Part shown: positions 48,548 to 58,509 of the stretch, piece by piece
How the letters are laid out: each line of letters begins with the position of its first letter
How positions within the stretch are numbered: position 1 is the stretch's first letter
Assembly (NCBI GenBank): GCA_016713405.1
Contig: JADJPF010000011.1
Location: forward strand, 114,989 to 178,988
DNA length: 64,000 nt
DNA from: Blastocatellia bacterium
GTDB lineage: Bacteria; Acidobacteriota; Blastocatellia; Chloracidobacteriales; JADJPF01
Reading direction: 5' to 3'
Translations under genes and position numbers: made by a program
The notes under the pieces: model-generated
The model's database searches: none
What the model was told of the DNA's origin: nothing
The model's input: only the letters and a program-made list of their open reading frames with translations

Positions 48548-50335
48548 TTACTTTCTTTTGATCTTTTTACCTGCTTTTTGCAACAATTCTTCATATTGAA
48601 GTTTGCCATTAGCATTGTCTCCTGCTAAAAAATAACAAAACGATAAACGATAAATTGCATCTACATAATCAGGATAAATACTTGTAGCTTGTTTGTAACT
48701 ATTGATTGCAGCCAAGTAATTTTTTTGTTTTTCCAACTTCTTTCCTTCATTAAATGATGTCTTAGCTTTAGTTAACACCATAGAAAGCAAATTGTTTCCT
48801 TTTTTAGTTGCTTCAGGGGTATTTAATTTTAAGTAGCCTTGACTGATTTTATATTGAAGATCAGGATAATTGTTATTGTCTGATAAAGTTTCATAAGCCG
48901 CAATAGATTCTTCATATTTTGAAGTTTGGAAATAACTATTACCTAGTTTATAAACATTGTCTTTGTCGTCTGGACTTAATGAGCGAATTTTTTCAAGTAT
49001 GGTTATTGCTGATGAATAATCTTTTAAGCTTAAATAACTATTAGCTAAATATTGATAAGCTTCAAGGCGATCAGGAAATAAAGATACTATTTTTTTTAGA
49101 AGAGGAGCAGCGGCATCAAACTTCTCTAATCTGTAATAAGCAATACCTAATAAAAACTCTGCTTCAGGGTAATTTGGTTTGATTTTTATAGCCTTGTTTA
49201 AAGGGTCAACAGCTTTTGTAAAATCTCCTAGTCTTGTATGTGTTGCACCTAATTGATAATGTGCTTCTGCTAATTCTGGTTTAAGTTGGATAGCTTTGCT
49301 AAAAGCTGATATTGCTTCATTAGTTTTATTTAAGGTTAAAAAATTAAGTCCTAAATGATAATAAGCTTCTGGATAAGCTTCATTATTTTTAGTTGCTGTA
49401 GTCAAAGTTGCTACAGCTTCTGTGGCTAGGTTTAAGCGTTGATAGTTTTTGCCTAGTGCAAAATGTGCTTCTGCAAAATCATTTTTAACTTGTATTGCTT
49501 GACGGTAATAATCCATTGCTTGGGAAATATCGCCTTTTTGCTCATAGGCTTGAGCAAGGCTAAAGAAAACTTTTGCTGAATTAGGAGAAAATTCTAAAGA
49601 TTTATTAAAAGAATCTATGGCTTGAGTATAATTTCCTGATTTGAGGTCTGATAAACCTATACGATGATAGCTATCAGCAATTTCTATTTTAATTTGTGGT
49701 TCTTGATTAATATTAAAAGCGTCTTTGTAGGCACTAATAGCTTCTCTATAACGTTCAGCTTTTGCTTCTCTTAGTCCAATGCGATGATAAGTTGTTGCAA
49801 CTTCTGATTCAATCTGTTTTGTTAGTGCAATTTGTTCAGCTAAGTTATTTTGATGTTCTAGAACTTTTCTAAAAGAAATAATAGCCTCGTTTAATAAACC
49901 TTCTTCACGTTGTGCAATGGCTAATCTATAATAGGCATCAGCAAGTTCAGGTCTGACCTTATCGCTAATTTCTACTTTTGTAGTTATTGCTTGTAGAAAA
50001 GTTTGAATTGATGGTTGATACTGACCAGTTTCTTTTTGAACCCGCCCTTGTTTAAGAAGTGAAAGAGCCTCTACAAGCTTAAAATCAATTTCTTCCTCTG
50101 TGTTATTAGCCACTTTATCCGCAGGGTTATCTATTACAACACCTGTTGCAGAAATCACTTTTGGCTGAGGTGGCTTGCTGGGTTTGTTTTTAGATTGTTT
50201 AGATTGTTTATTAGTTGATTGACTGTAAACATCCATATTAGAACTAGTTAAAGAGAATATTAATATTAGTGCAAATAGTTTAGTAAGATGGAGAGTTATT
50301 TTTGGTTGGGACGAGAAATTTTTGTTTTTGGTCAT
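48548..50335 (-). CDS. Secreted TPR-repeat protein.
   Basis: Signal peptide followed by at least 10 TPR-like units (..A...Y.KAI.L.P..AEA...LG..). Confidence 0.8.
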   Translation of the reverse strand: MTKNKNFSSQPKITLHLTKLFALILIFSLTSSNMDVYSQSTNKQSKQSKNKPSKPPQPKVISATGVVIDNPADKVANNTEEEIDFKLVEALSLLKQGRVQKETGQYQPSIQTFLQAITTKVEISDKVRPELADAYYRLAIAQREEGLLNEAIISFRKVLEHQNNLAEQIALTKQIESEVATTYHRIGLREAKAERYREAISAYKDAFNINQEPQIKIEIADSYHRIGLSDLKSGNYTQAIDSFNKSLEFSPNSAKVFFSLAQAYEQKGDISQAMDYYRQAIQVKNDFAEAHFALGKNYQRLNLATEAVATLTTATKNNEAYPEAYYHLGLNFLTLNKTNEAISAFSKAIQLKPELAEAHYQLGATHTRLGDFTKAVDPLNKAIKIKPNYPEAEFLLGIAYYRLEKFDAAAPLLKKIVSLFPDRLEAYQYLANSYLSLKDYSSAITILEKIRSLSPDDKDNVYKLGNSYFQTSKYEESIAAYETLSDNNNYPDLQYKISQGYLKLNTPEATKKGNNLLSMVLTKAKTSFNEGKKLEKQKNYLAAINSYKQATSIYPDYVDAIYRLSFCYFLAGDNANGKLQYEELLQKAGKKIKRK

Positions 50336-50745
50336 TATTTTATCTCAGCTTATTGGAATTAAATTAATTTTATTTAGGGTCTAAGAGCTTGAAGATTTTT
50401 ACATATTTCTTCTTTGCTGAGAAGTCAAGCTGTCAAATAAATAAGCTAAATATCTGAACAATAAACAGATAGGATAAACAAAGCTTATATTAACTAAAAA
50501 TAAAACTAATAAAAATTTAATAATTGCTCGATAAAACTAACTAAAACTAGAAAAAAATCTTTTAGTTTTAGTTAATTATTTTATTGCTAAAAACTTCCTA
50601 TTGGCTTATAAAACTTTCTGTATAGTATATAAGCTACTAGGTGCTTATCAAATAGAAAGTAACTTAGTATATATCTATACAAAAGCAGGTATAAAGATAG
50701 GTGATTTACTAGAAATAATACTGTTTTGGCTAAAGAGGGGTTAAT

Positions 50746-53700
50746 ATGTGGTTTATTGAAATAATAGCATATATTGCAGCGTTATTTTTCTTAGTCAAAG
50801 GTTTACAATATGCAATTGTTTGGGCTAGATTGATGCAGAGAAGAAACCAATTACCTTACAATGAATGTGTTGATAGTTCTCAAGTTCCAGAAAATCTTAA
50901 TCCTATTTGGGCCCAAACACACAAAGCTTTAGATTCTTTGGGATTTCAATATGCTTACTCACAAAAAGCGACTCAAACAAATAAAGTAGCTTTTTACCAA
51001 ATATATGTGCATCCAAATATTCCTGCTTTTGCTTCTGTTAGTTCTACTTTACTGCCTGGCTGGATACGCTCTTTTGATGTTATTTTTACTTCAATTTTTG
51101 ATAATGGAAAGACAATGATTACTACAGATTGTTTAGATAATATTACTTTACCATTACCAAAAAACTTTCAAACTAACACTTATTATTTTGCAGATTTATC
51201 AAAACAATGGTTAGTTCATCAACAATGGATTAATCAGATAAGACAAAAAGAGGACACAGAAGCTATTTATTGCACTGTTGAGGAATTTTTACAAAATCAA
51301 AATAGCTTTGCAAAAGAAGCTCTTTCTTATCAAATTGAAAATGGTTGGGCCGTAGAAGTAGGCTCAGAAGGGGAATGGCGATATAGTGCTAAAGGGGCAG
51401 CAAAACTACTTGCACCTATTTTTTATGTTAGTAAAAAATTAACAGAAATATCTAAAAAAATATCTAAAGAACAGTCTAAAAATATTACAGAAAATAAAAG
51501 TAATGTATCAGATAGTACCAGTTTTTTAGGTGAATCAAATACACAAGCCCAATTAAACGCAGATATTCTAGCTTTTGAGCAAGCTATTGCAGATGAAAAT
51601 AATCGGGTGAAGTGGGGTTGGGTGACTAAGGCAGGATTATTTTTAGTAAGTGTGGTAGTAGCTGCTCTAGCCTTTGGTATAAGTTTTTCATGGCAAACAG
51701 TGTTTATATTGCTTGGAGTTTTACTAATACATGAGTTAGGTCATTTAGCAGGAATGGTTTTATTTGGATTTAAGGATACTCAAGTATTGTTTTTACCTTT
51801 TTTAGGGGCCGTAACTATTGGAGATAAAGAAGATGCTACACCACTGCAAAAACTAGTTATTTATTTACTTGGGCCTGTTCCTGGGGTAATAGGTGGTTTT
51901 GTAGCTGCATATATTTACTTAATTACTTTCAATGAACTTTGGTATGAAATAGCACTAATTTCTATTATTCTTAATTATATTAACTTACTACCTATTTTAC
52001 CGTTGGATGGTGGGCGAGTCTTAGAAGCCTTGGTTTATGTACGTTTTCCAAGAGCGCAAACAGTAATTTATATAATAAATTCTCTAGTCCTATTTTTAGC
52101 TTGGTGGTTACTTAATGATAAAATCATACTATTTTTAGCTATTAGTACTATTATTAGCTTGCCTGTGCAGTGGCAATTTTCTATTGCTGCAAGCCGAATA
52201 AATAGGCTTTTGCCAAAAGAGCATGATCGTAAAATTAGATTGCAAACTATTTTTCAAGTCTTGACTGCACCTCCATTTATTAAACAAACCTGGGCAGAAC
52301 GTTATTTACTAGCAAAAAAGCTAGTTTCACATTTTTCTAATGTAATGCCTACAGTTAAAGTAATGATAATAGGAGGTTTTATCTATTTATTAATGTTAGG
52401 TTTACCAATTTATGGATTGATTGGTTGGGTAGCAGTTGATTGGTGGTCAGCACGTAATTACACATCCACAAATACATCTATAGAAGAACCAATAGAAAAA
52501 CTAATAGAAAAACCTGATTGGGAAACAAAACTAAAACAACTTACTGATCCAGCAAAACGCTGGGATGTTTTAATTGAAGCAGGAGATTGGCAGTTAGAAG
52601 AAGATTATGAGTCTGATAGTAATGCAACTTTAGAAAAAACTAAACAATATTATTTAGAAGCTTTTGAAATTGCTAAAGGATTTGGACTAAAAGATCCACG
52701 CTATTTAGAAAGCTTAAATAGATTAGCAGGAGTTTTACCAGAGAAAGAGGTAAAAGATTACTATTTACAAGCACTTAACCAAATGGAAAAAGGCTTTGAT
52801 AAAAATGATATTCAAATAGCTAGTTTGTTAGAAAGACTTGCATTTTTGCCTAAGAAGCGTTCAGATGAAGAAATCCAATACTTAGAACGAGCTTTAGAGA
52901 TAAGAAATAATAACTTATCAACCACAAACAACGATATAGATTCCTTATTATACTTAATAGTTAGTAATAGTATTTCCTTAGCTGATTTTTATATAGAGAA
53001 AAAAGATAGCGACAAGGCAGAAAAACTACTAATAAAAACTATAGAATTTTGTGAATCAAACAAAAAACTTAAAAATCGAAGTATAAGTGTTTTAGAAAAA
53101 TTATCAGATATTTACCTAAAAGAAGGCTTAACTTCAAAAGCAAGGCTTATATTAACAGAGAAATATAATAAATTAGCTTCGCTTCCAGACACAAAACAAG
53201 AACTTTATTTCAGCACATTAATTAACAATATAGCTTGGATTTGTATATTAGAAAAAGATTTTGAAACAGCTAATAAATTATTTGAAAAAAAATTAGCTTT
53301 AGAAACAAGTAGGTTTGAAATAAATCAGCTTGGACTAGTACCTTGGTTTTTAAGTAGGCTTTATGGGACTGATAAACAAATCAAAGTTACTTTTCTACCT
53401 CATTTGTTAGATATTTGCTATCTAAAAATCCAAGAAGGAAAATTAGATTTAGCACAAGAAACTTTTAGACAAATTGAAGAAATACTTAAAGCTAATAAAT
53501 TTCAAAACCTAGAACAATATGCTAAATCTATTGATCAAAAAGCTAAGTTTTCTGCTAAATTTGCCAAGGAGAAATTATTAACTGAGGGAAATAATGAAGA
53601 ACTGGAGATTGAAGAAGAGTTAACAGAAAAAGAGAGTGGATTATCAGAAGAACTAAAAGAACTAAAAGAACTAAAAGAACTAAAAGAACTAAAAGAACTA

Positions 53701-53835
53701 GAAGAACTAAAAGAACTAGAAAAACTAGAAAAACTAGATTTGTTAGATCCTATTTTGGTTGAAGCTAGGCAAAAAGATTGGCGGCTTCATCGTGATTTAG
53801 CTCATAAAGAGGTTTTTGATAAATTACTTAAATAA
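50746..53835 (+). CDS. Large membrane protein with an M50 (site-2 protease-like) core and a C-terminal TPR-like/coiled-coil region.
   Basis: HELGH (LLIHELGHLAGM) and NLLPILPLDGGRV motifs sit within a multi-TM segment. A helical-repeat region of about 450 aa follows. A (ELK)n tract lies near the C-terminus. Confidence 0.75.
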   Translation: MWFIEIIAYIAALFFLVKGLQYAIVWARLMQRRNQLPYNECVDSSQVPENLNPIWAQTHKALDSLGFQYAYSQKATQTNKVAFYQIYVHPNIPAFASVSSTLLPGWIRSFDVIFTSIFDNGKTMITTDCLDNITLPLPKNFQTNTYYFADLSKQWLVHQQWINQIRQKEDTEAIYCTVEEFLQNQNSFAKEALSYQIENGWAVEVGSEGEWRYSAKGAAKLLAPIFYVSKKLTEISKKISKEQSKNITENKSNVSDSTSFLGESNTQAQLNADILAFEQAIADENNRVKWGWVTKAGLFLVSVVVAALAFGISFSWQTVFILLGVLLIHELGHLAGMVLFGFKDTQVLFLPFLGAVTIGDKEDATPLQKLVIYLLGPVPGVIGGFVAAYIYLITFNELWYEIALISIILNYINLLPILPLDGGRVLEALVYVRFPRAQTVIYIINSLVLFLAWWLLNDKIILFLAISTIISLPVQWQFSIAASRINRLLPKEHDRKIRLQTIFQVLTAPPFIKQTWAERYLLAKKLVSHFSNVMPTVKVMIIGGFIYLLMLGLPIYGLIGWVAVDWWSARNYTSTNTSIEEPIEKLIEKPDWETKLKQLTDPAKRWDVLIEAGDWQLEEDYESDSNATLEKTKQYYLEAFEIAKGFGLKDPRYLESLNRLAGVLPEKEVKDYYLQALNQMEKGFDKNDIQIASLLERLAFLPKKRSDEEIQYLERALEIRNNNLSTTNNDIDSLLYLIVSNSISLADFYIEKKDSDKAEKLLIKTIEFCESNKKLKNRSISVLEKLSDIYLKEGLTSKARLILTEKYNKLASLPDTKQELYFSTLINNIAWICILEKDFETANKLFEKKLALETSRFEINQLGLVPWFLSRLYGTDKQIKVTFLPHLLDICYLKIQEGKLDLAQETFRQIEEILKANKFQNLEQYAKSIDQKAKFSAKFAKEKLLTEGNNEELEIEEELTEKESGLSEELKELKELKELKELKELEELKELEKLEKLDLLDPILVEARQKDWRLHRDLAHKEVFDKLLK
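53650..53739 (+). repeat. 9-bp in-frame tandem repeat, GAACTAAAA x5 perfect plus 5 variants, encoding ELKELKELK...
   Basis: Read directly from the sequence at 53650-53739, inside the M50-like CDS. Confidence 0.9.
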
Positions 53836-53842
53836 CAACTAA

Positions 53843-54178
53843 TTAGAATATTGGACGACCTTTACCACAAACAATTAAGAGTAGTCCTACTATTAAGGAA
53901 GAAAAATATATTCCACAAGTAAGCCAGAAATCTTGCATAAACATTTGTGCGTAGGGAAGAAAATAAATATGAACACCAAATATTAGTAAAGCTCCAAAAA
54001 CTTGCAAGACTCCAGCATCATTAGGATGACTGATACAATGCCAAGCTTGGTTTTTTAGGCGTTTGGCTATTTTGGAGCATCGCTTACAATCGCCAGTCTG
54101 AGGATTAAAAAGATCCGACTGATGGCAAATCTCGCAACGCGTGGGTAAGTTTTCTTGTAGAATCCTAAGTTTTGGCAT
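53843..54178 (-). CDS. Zinc-ribbon membrane protein.
   Basis: CEICH...CKRCS followed by two TM helices. Confidence 0.55.
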   Translation of the reverse strand: MPKLRILQENLPTRCEICHQSDLFNPQTGDCKRCSKIAKRLKNQAWHCISHPNDAGVLQVFGALLIFGVHIYFLPYAQMFMQDFWLTCGIYFSSLIVGLLLIVCGKGRPIF

Positions 54179-54262
54179 ATTGAAAATTATATGCCAATCT
54201 TTTTAACAGTAAATAAGGTTTATTAAGAAAAAAAATTTATTTTAGATTATTTTAGATTATTG

Positions 54263-55381
54263 CTAGGAAGAACGTTGTTTTTGCCATTGATCAAAAGCTG
54301 ACCAAGCTCCTTCATCGCCGTGCCATTGACCTTGTGTAGCAGCTTTTGAATATTCCGTTGCGCGAGCTTCAAAAAAGTTAGCATGCTCAACACCATTTAA
54401 TATTTGAAGTAGCCAAGGCAACGGATGAGGCTGGACTTGCTTATATTCGTTATTTTCTCTAGCAAAATATCCATAAACAGGCTGAAGTTTTAGCTGAGTT
54501 AATCGCCAATCACAAATATAGCGAATATAGTTTTTTACTTCCTGAGCAGACATTTTTTCTACTTGTCCATCTCCTAAAGAAAAAGCTAAATCTACAAACT
54601 GTTCTTCAAGTGTCACCATTGTTTTAGCAACATCTATAATGTCATCTGCTACAGCTTTAGTTACTACGCCAGTTTGCCTATTCCATTCATGAAAGAGCTT
54701 AATTATTCCTTCACAATGCAGACTTTCATCCCGAACAGACCAGGAAACAATTTGCCCCATCCCTTTCATTTTATTTTGACGAGGAAAATTAAGTAACATT
54801 GCAAAACTAGCAAAAAGTGCCATTCCTTCAGTAAATGCACCAAACATAGCTAATGTACGTGCTACATCTGCACAGGTATTTACTCCAAATGTGTGCATGT
54901 AGTCTACCTTAGCTCGCATTGCTGCATAATCACGAAAAGCTTCAAATTCTGTTTTAGGCATTCCTAAAGTTTTAAGTAGCATTGCATAAGCGTCTATATG
55001 GACAGTTTCCATATTACTAAAAGCAGCCATCATCATTTGGACTTCTAGCGGTTGGAAAATACGCATATAGCGTTTCATATAGTTATCACCCACTTCAACA
55101 TCTGATTGGGTAAAAAAGCGGAAAATTTGGGTAAGTAAATTACGTTCTACTTCGCTAATGGTGTCAGATTGCCAGTCTTTTAAGTCTTCACCTAGTGGGA
55201 CTTCTTCGCCCATCCAATGAATTTGTTGTTGCCGTTTCCAACACTCATAAGCCCAAGGATAACGATCTACATCATAACTTCCTGTAGATTCTAGTAAATC
55301 TATGGTTTTTGTTCCTATAAGCAAAAGAGGATTAGAATTAGCAATGTCCATATTAGATTGACTGACAGCAGTGTTATACAT
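54263..55381 (-). CDS. nrdB: Class I ribonucleotide reductase, beta subunit.
   Basis: Di-iron/radical motifs ETVHIDAY (E..H...Y), FTEGMALFASF and RDESLH. Confidence 0.93.
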   Translation of the reverse strand: MYNTAVSQSNMDIANSNPLLLIGTKTIDLLESTGSYDVDRYPWAYECWKRQQQIHWMGEEVPLGEDLKDWQSDTISEVERNLLTQIFRFFTQSDVEVGDNYMKRYMRIFQPLEVQMMMAAFSNMETVHIDAYAMLLKTLGMPKTEFEAFRDYAAMRAKVDYMHTFGVNTCADVARTLAMFGAFTEGMALFASFAMLLNFPRQNKMKGMGQIVSWSVRDESLHCEGIIKLFHEWNRQTGVVTKAVADDIIDVAKTMVTLEEQFVDLAFSLGDGQVEKMSAQEVKNYIRYICDWRLTQLKLQPVYGYFARENNEYKQVQPHPLPWLLQILNGVEHANFFEARATEYSKAATQGQWHGDEGAWSAFDQWQKQRSS

Positions 55382-55459
55382 AGCGAAGACACTTAACCCT
55401 TTTTTTATCGATTGGTTATTTAATATTAAAGATTTATTTAAGTTTTATTTATTTAAGCT

Positions 55460-57391
55460 TTATTGGCAAGAAAGGCACTCCTCATAATTGGTGGAGTTTG
55501 TTTTAATATCTGTTGCCTTAACATTTTCTACACCAGCAAATGCTGCCCGTTGGACAGACTTTGAACGACAGTAATAAAGACTTTTTACTCCTCGTTCCCA
55601 AGCTAACCAATGAAGCATTAATAAATCCCATTTATGAATATCACCGGGAAGAAATATATTAAGTGATTGACCTTGACAAATAAATGGGGCGCGATCACTA
55701 GCTAGTTCTATTACCCAACGTTGATCAATTTCAAAGGCTGTACGGAAAATAGATTTTTCATCATCTGTAAGCTCATTAAGATGTGCTACAGAGCCTTCAT
55801 TAGCTAGTATTGATTGCCATGTAGCTTCATTATTTATGCTACGTTTAGATAAAAGTTTTTCTAGGTAAGGATTTTTAACTACAAAGGAACCACATAAAGT
55901 TTTATGTGTATAAATATTGGCCGGAATTGGCTCTATACCCGCACTTGTGCCACCGCAAATAATGCTTATAGAAGCAGTTGGAGCAATTGCTAGTTTATAA
56001 CTAAAACGGGCTTTAACTCCTCGGTCTTCAGCATCCAAACAAGAACCACGCTCATCAGCAAGACGAGTTGAAGCTAAATTAGCTTGTTCTCGAATATGAC
56101 GAAACATCTTTATATTGATAGACTTAGCTGTTACGCTTTCAAAGGCAACGCCTTTTGATTGAAAGAAAGAATGGAGTCCCATAAGTCCAAGTCCAACAGC
56201 ACGTTCCCGATGTGCAGAATACTTAGCCTTATTCATTTGCTCTGGAGCAGAATCTATATAAGTTTGTAGCACATTGTCTAAAAATCGAAATACATCTTCA
56301 ATAAATAGAGGGTCTTTATTCCACTCATCCCATTTTTCTGCATTAAGTGAAGATAAACAACAAACAGCAGTACGCTCTTGGTTTTTATGATCAACACCTG
56401 TAGGAAGAAGTATCTCGCTACAAAGATTAGACATAGTTACTTTTAAGCCTAAATCTTGATGATGTTTAGCAATACTTTTATTTACTGTATCAATAAAGAT
56501 TAAGTAAGGTTCTCCGGTTTGTAAACGGGTTTCTAAAATCTTTTGCCAAAGTTGACGTGCATTAACTTGCCTAATTACTTCACCTGTCCTTGGACTACGT
56601 AAATTAAACGTCTTATCATCTCAGACAGCAATCATAAATTCGTCTGTAATATTAATACCATGATGAAGGTTTAAGCTTTTTCGGTTAAAGTCTCCAGAGG
56701 GTTTACGAATTTCTAAAAATTCTTCAATTTCAGGATGATGAATATCTAAATAAACGGCTGCTGAACCTCGTCTAAGAGAGCCTTGGCTAATTGCTAGGGT
56801 CAAGGAATCCATTACACGAATAAAAGGCATAATACCTGAAGTTTTGCCTGCTTTACCAATTGCCTCACCTATAGAACGAACATTTCCCCAGTAAGTGCCG
56901 ATACCACCGCCATTTGAGGCTAGCCAAACATTTTCATTCCAAGTATCTACAATGGCTTTAAGGCTGTCACCAACAGAGTTAAGAAAACAAGAAATTGGCA
57001 TTCCTCTTTCCGCACCACCATTAGAAAGTATTGGCGTAGCAGGCATAAACCAAAGTTTTGAAATATAATCATAAAGGCGTTGTGCGTGATTTTGGTCATC
57101 AGCAAAAGCGGCAGCAACACGGGCAAACATGTCTTGGTAGCTTTCATTTTCTAAAACATAGCGGTCTGTTAGAGTAGCTTTACCAAAATCTGTTAATAAA
57201 TTATCGCGCTCAGAGTCTATTTTTATTGCTTCTTTATGTACACTCTTGCGCCACCATGCCCCAGACTTATCAGTTTTTGATTTAGTATCTGGCTTAACAA
57301 TATCAATACCAGTAGCTAAAAATGTGGGAGTATTGCTATCAAAATCTATCTGTTGACTATTGTAGCTTAGATCAAAATCAAAAGAAGCCAT
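55460..57391 (-). pseudogene. nrdA: Class I ribonucleotide reductase, alpha subunit (no ATP-cone), with one in-frame TGA.
   Basis: ORFs 56621-57391 and 55460-56434 are in the same frame. The TGA lies at 56623..56621. The 62 codons between them read DDKTFNLRSPRTGEVIRQVNARQLWQKILETRLQTGEPYLIFIDTVNK... Catalytic block SNLCSEI. C-terminal CLSCQ redox pair. Confidence 0.88.
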
Positions 57392-57446
57392 AACATTTCC
57401 TTGCTGTTTTATTATGATAGTAGTTTTAAGTAGATATTCTTTTCAG

Positions 57447-57493
57447 TCACTATATGTTGTTGGCATATAGCTTGAGGACACTAGATATAATAT
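57447..57493. promoter_or_regulatory. Two candidate NrdR boxes upstream of nrdA.
   Basis: TCACTATATGTTGTTG (57447-57462) and ACACTAGATATAATAT (57478-57493) match the ACACTATATATAGTGT-like consensus at about 11/15 and 13/16 positions. Their starts are 31 bp apart, as is typical for tandem NrdR boxes. Confidence 0.45.
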
Positions 57494-58030
57494 TTATCGA
57501 AGAAAAAAGCAACAATTTTTGGATAGAGTTTTTGCTAAATAATTAAAATTATAAGGGACTATTTTTTTATTTTTCTAGTAATATTGCTTATTATGCCATT
57601 GCTTAAATCTTTAGCTAAGTATCTAGTTAGATATCTAACAAAAACTATTTTGGGGTTTTCTTAAGGCTAATATTTATTAACTTAGTAAGTATATTGCTTA
57701 GTTGTTTGGTACTAGCACAAAGTAAAGAAACTGATCTTAATTTTGTGTCTTTAACAACAAAAATGGATTAGCACAAAATATTGCATTTTTGTAGGAGGCA
57801 AAATAAATGGAAAGGTTGTTTTTTTGGATAGCTACAAATAGAGGTAAAGGAAGTTTTTTATATTTGGTTAACAACAAACAATATTTGCCTTTTGCCAAGC
57901 GAAACAGGCAAATATTTAATTATGGACAATTCTAATACAAAATGATCTAAATCAAAAACTTAAGAAATATTATTGTTTAAAACACTTAGAAATAGCTCTG
58001 ATATATCTGAGCTATTAATCTTACTGTTTA

Positions 58031-58234
58031 GTACAGCGTAACTTAAAAATTTTAGTATTTTGATCTTAAACCCTGAAAGGCCGACATAGTCTTTTACTGC
58101 TAAGAAAAAACTCTGTCGCTTTGCAGCTTTGAACTAGGGTTAATATTATAGTCTAGGGCGCAAGCCCTATATATCTATTGCCCCGCTAGGGCTTAAGATT
58201 CAAGGTGCTACTATTTTATTTATGTTACGCTGCA
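58031..58234. repeat. Family-1 modular hairpin repeat, copy C.
   Basis: The left end GTACAGCGTAAC and right end GTTACGCTGCA are inverted. It shares the ..CCCTG.AAGG.C.ACATAGTCTTTTA.T.CTAAGAAAA.. and GCCCCG.T.GGGCTTAAGATT modules with copy A. Confidence 0.7.
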
Positions 58235-58254
58235 TCAAGTTTTTAAGTGGTTAA

Positions 58255-58509
58255 TTAATCAGGCAATCTAGTATCATTACGATGGTCATCAGCCGTAGTA
58301 ATGCCAGATTTAATAGAATATTTAACTAATGCTGGTAAGTCATGAATATTAAGTTTTAGCATAATACGTGCGCGATGAGCTTCAACTGTACGACGAGAAA
58401 GCCCTAAAATTTGACCTACTTCTTCATTAGCATATCCATCCACAAGTAATTTAAGCACTTGACGTTCCCGTTCAGTGAGTGATGGTTGTTTATTAGTTGT
58501 TCTAGCCAT
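58255..58509 (-). CDS. Stand-alone LuxR/GerE-type HTH transcription regulator (84 aa).
   Basis: LTERERQVLKLLVDGYANEEVGQILGLSRRTVEAHRARIMLKL. Confidence 0.88.
   Translation of the reverse strand: MARTTNKQPSLTERERQVLKLLVDGYANEEVGQILGLSRRTVEAHRARIMLKLNIHDLPALVKYSIKSGITTADDHRNDTRLPD

Noticed and set aside
53650-53739. Tandem repeats considered as possible CRISPR arrays: the 9-bp ELK repeat, the 10-bp T-tract repeat at 20717-20760, and the TTTAGATTAT duplication at 54241-54260.
   Set aside because: The units are 9-10 bp with no spacers. One repeat is coding. No cas genes are present. These are not CRISPR arrays.
26205-56623. Global reassignment of TGA (genetic code 4 Trp or code 25 Gly), or selenocysteine, as an explanation for the three in-frame TGAs.
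   Set aside because: Trp is encoded throughout by TGG, and long standard-code ORFs are intact. TGA therefore cannot be a common sense codon. TGA acts as a classic overlapping stop-start (TGATG) at 46983-46987. The three positions are not Cys/Sec sites of known selenoproteins, and I saw no SECIS-like hairpin immediately downstream. Only rare readthrough or sequencing error remains plausible.
57626-57639. A 14-bp perfect palindrome, GTTAGATATCTAAC, in the nrdA upstream spacer.
   Set aside because: It is short and AT-rich, it occurs once, and it has no associated regulator gene. This is insufficient evidence for an operator.
57807-57935. A 42-aa ORF (MERLFFWIATNRGKGSFLYLVNNKQYLPFAKRNRQIFNYGQF) with AGGAGG 8 nt upstream, in the long nrdA-LuxR spacer.
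   Set aside because: The RBS is good, but there is no homology or supporting context, and the sequence contains a hairpin (TATTTGCCT...AGGCAAATA). It is too weak to call as a gene. It would need ribosome-profiling or conservation data.
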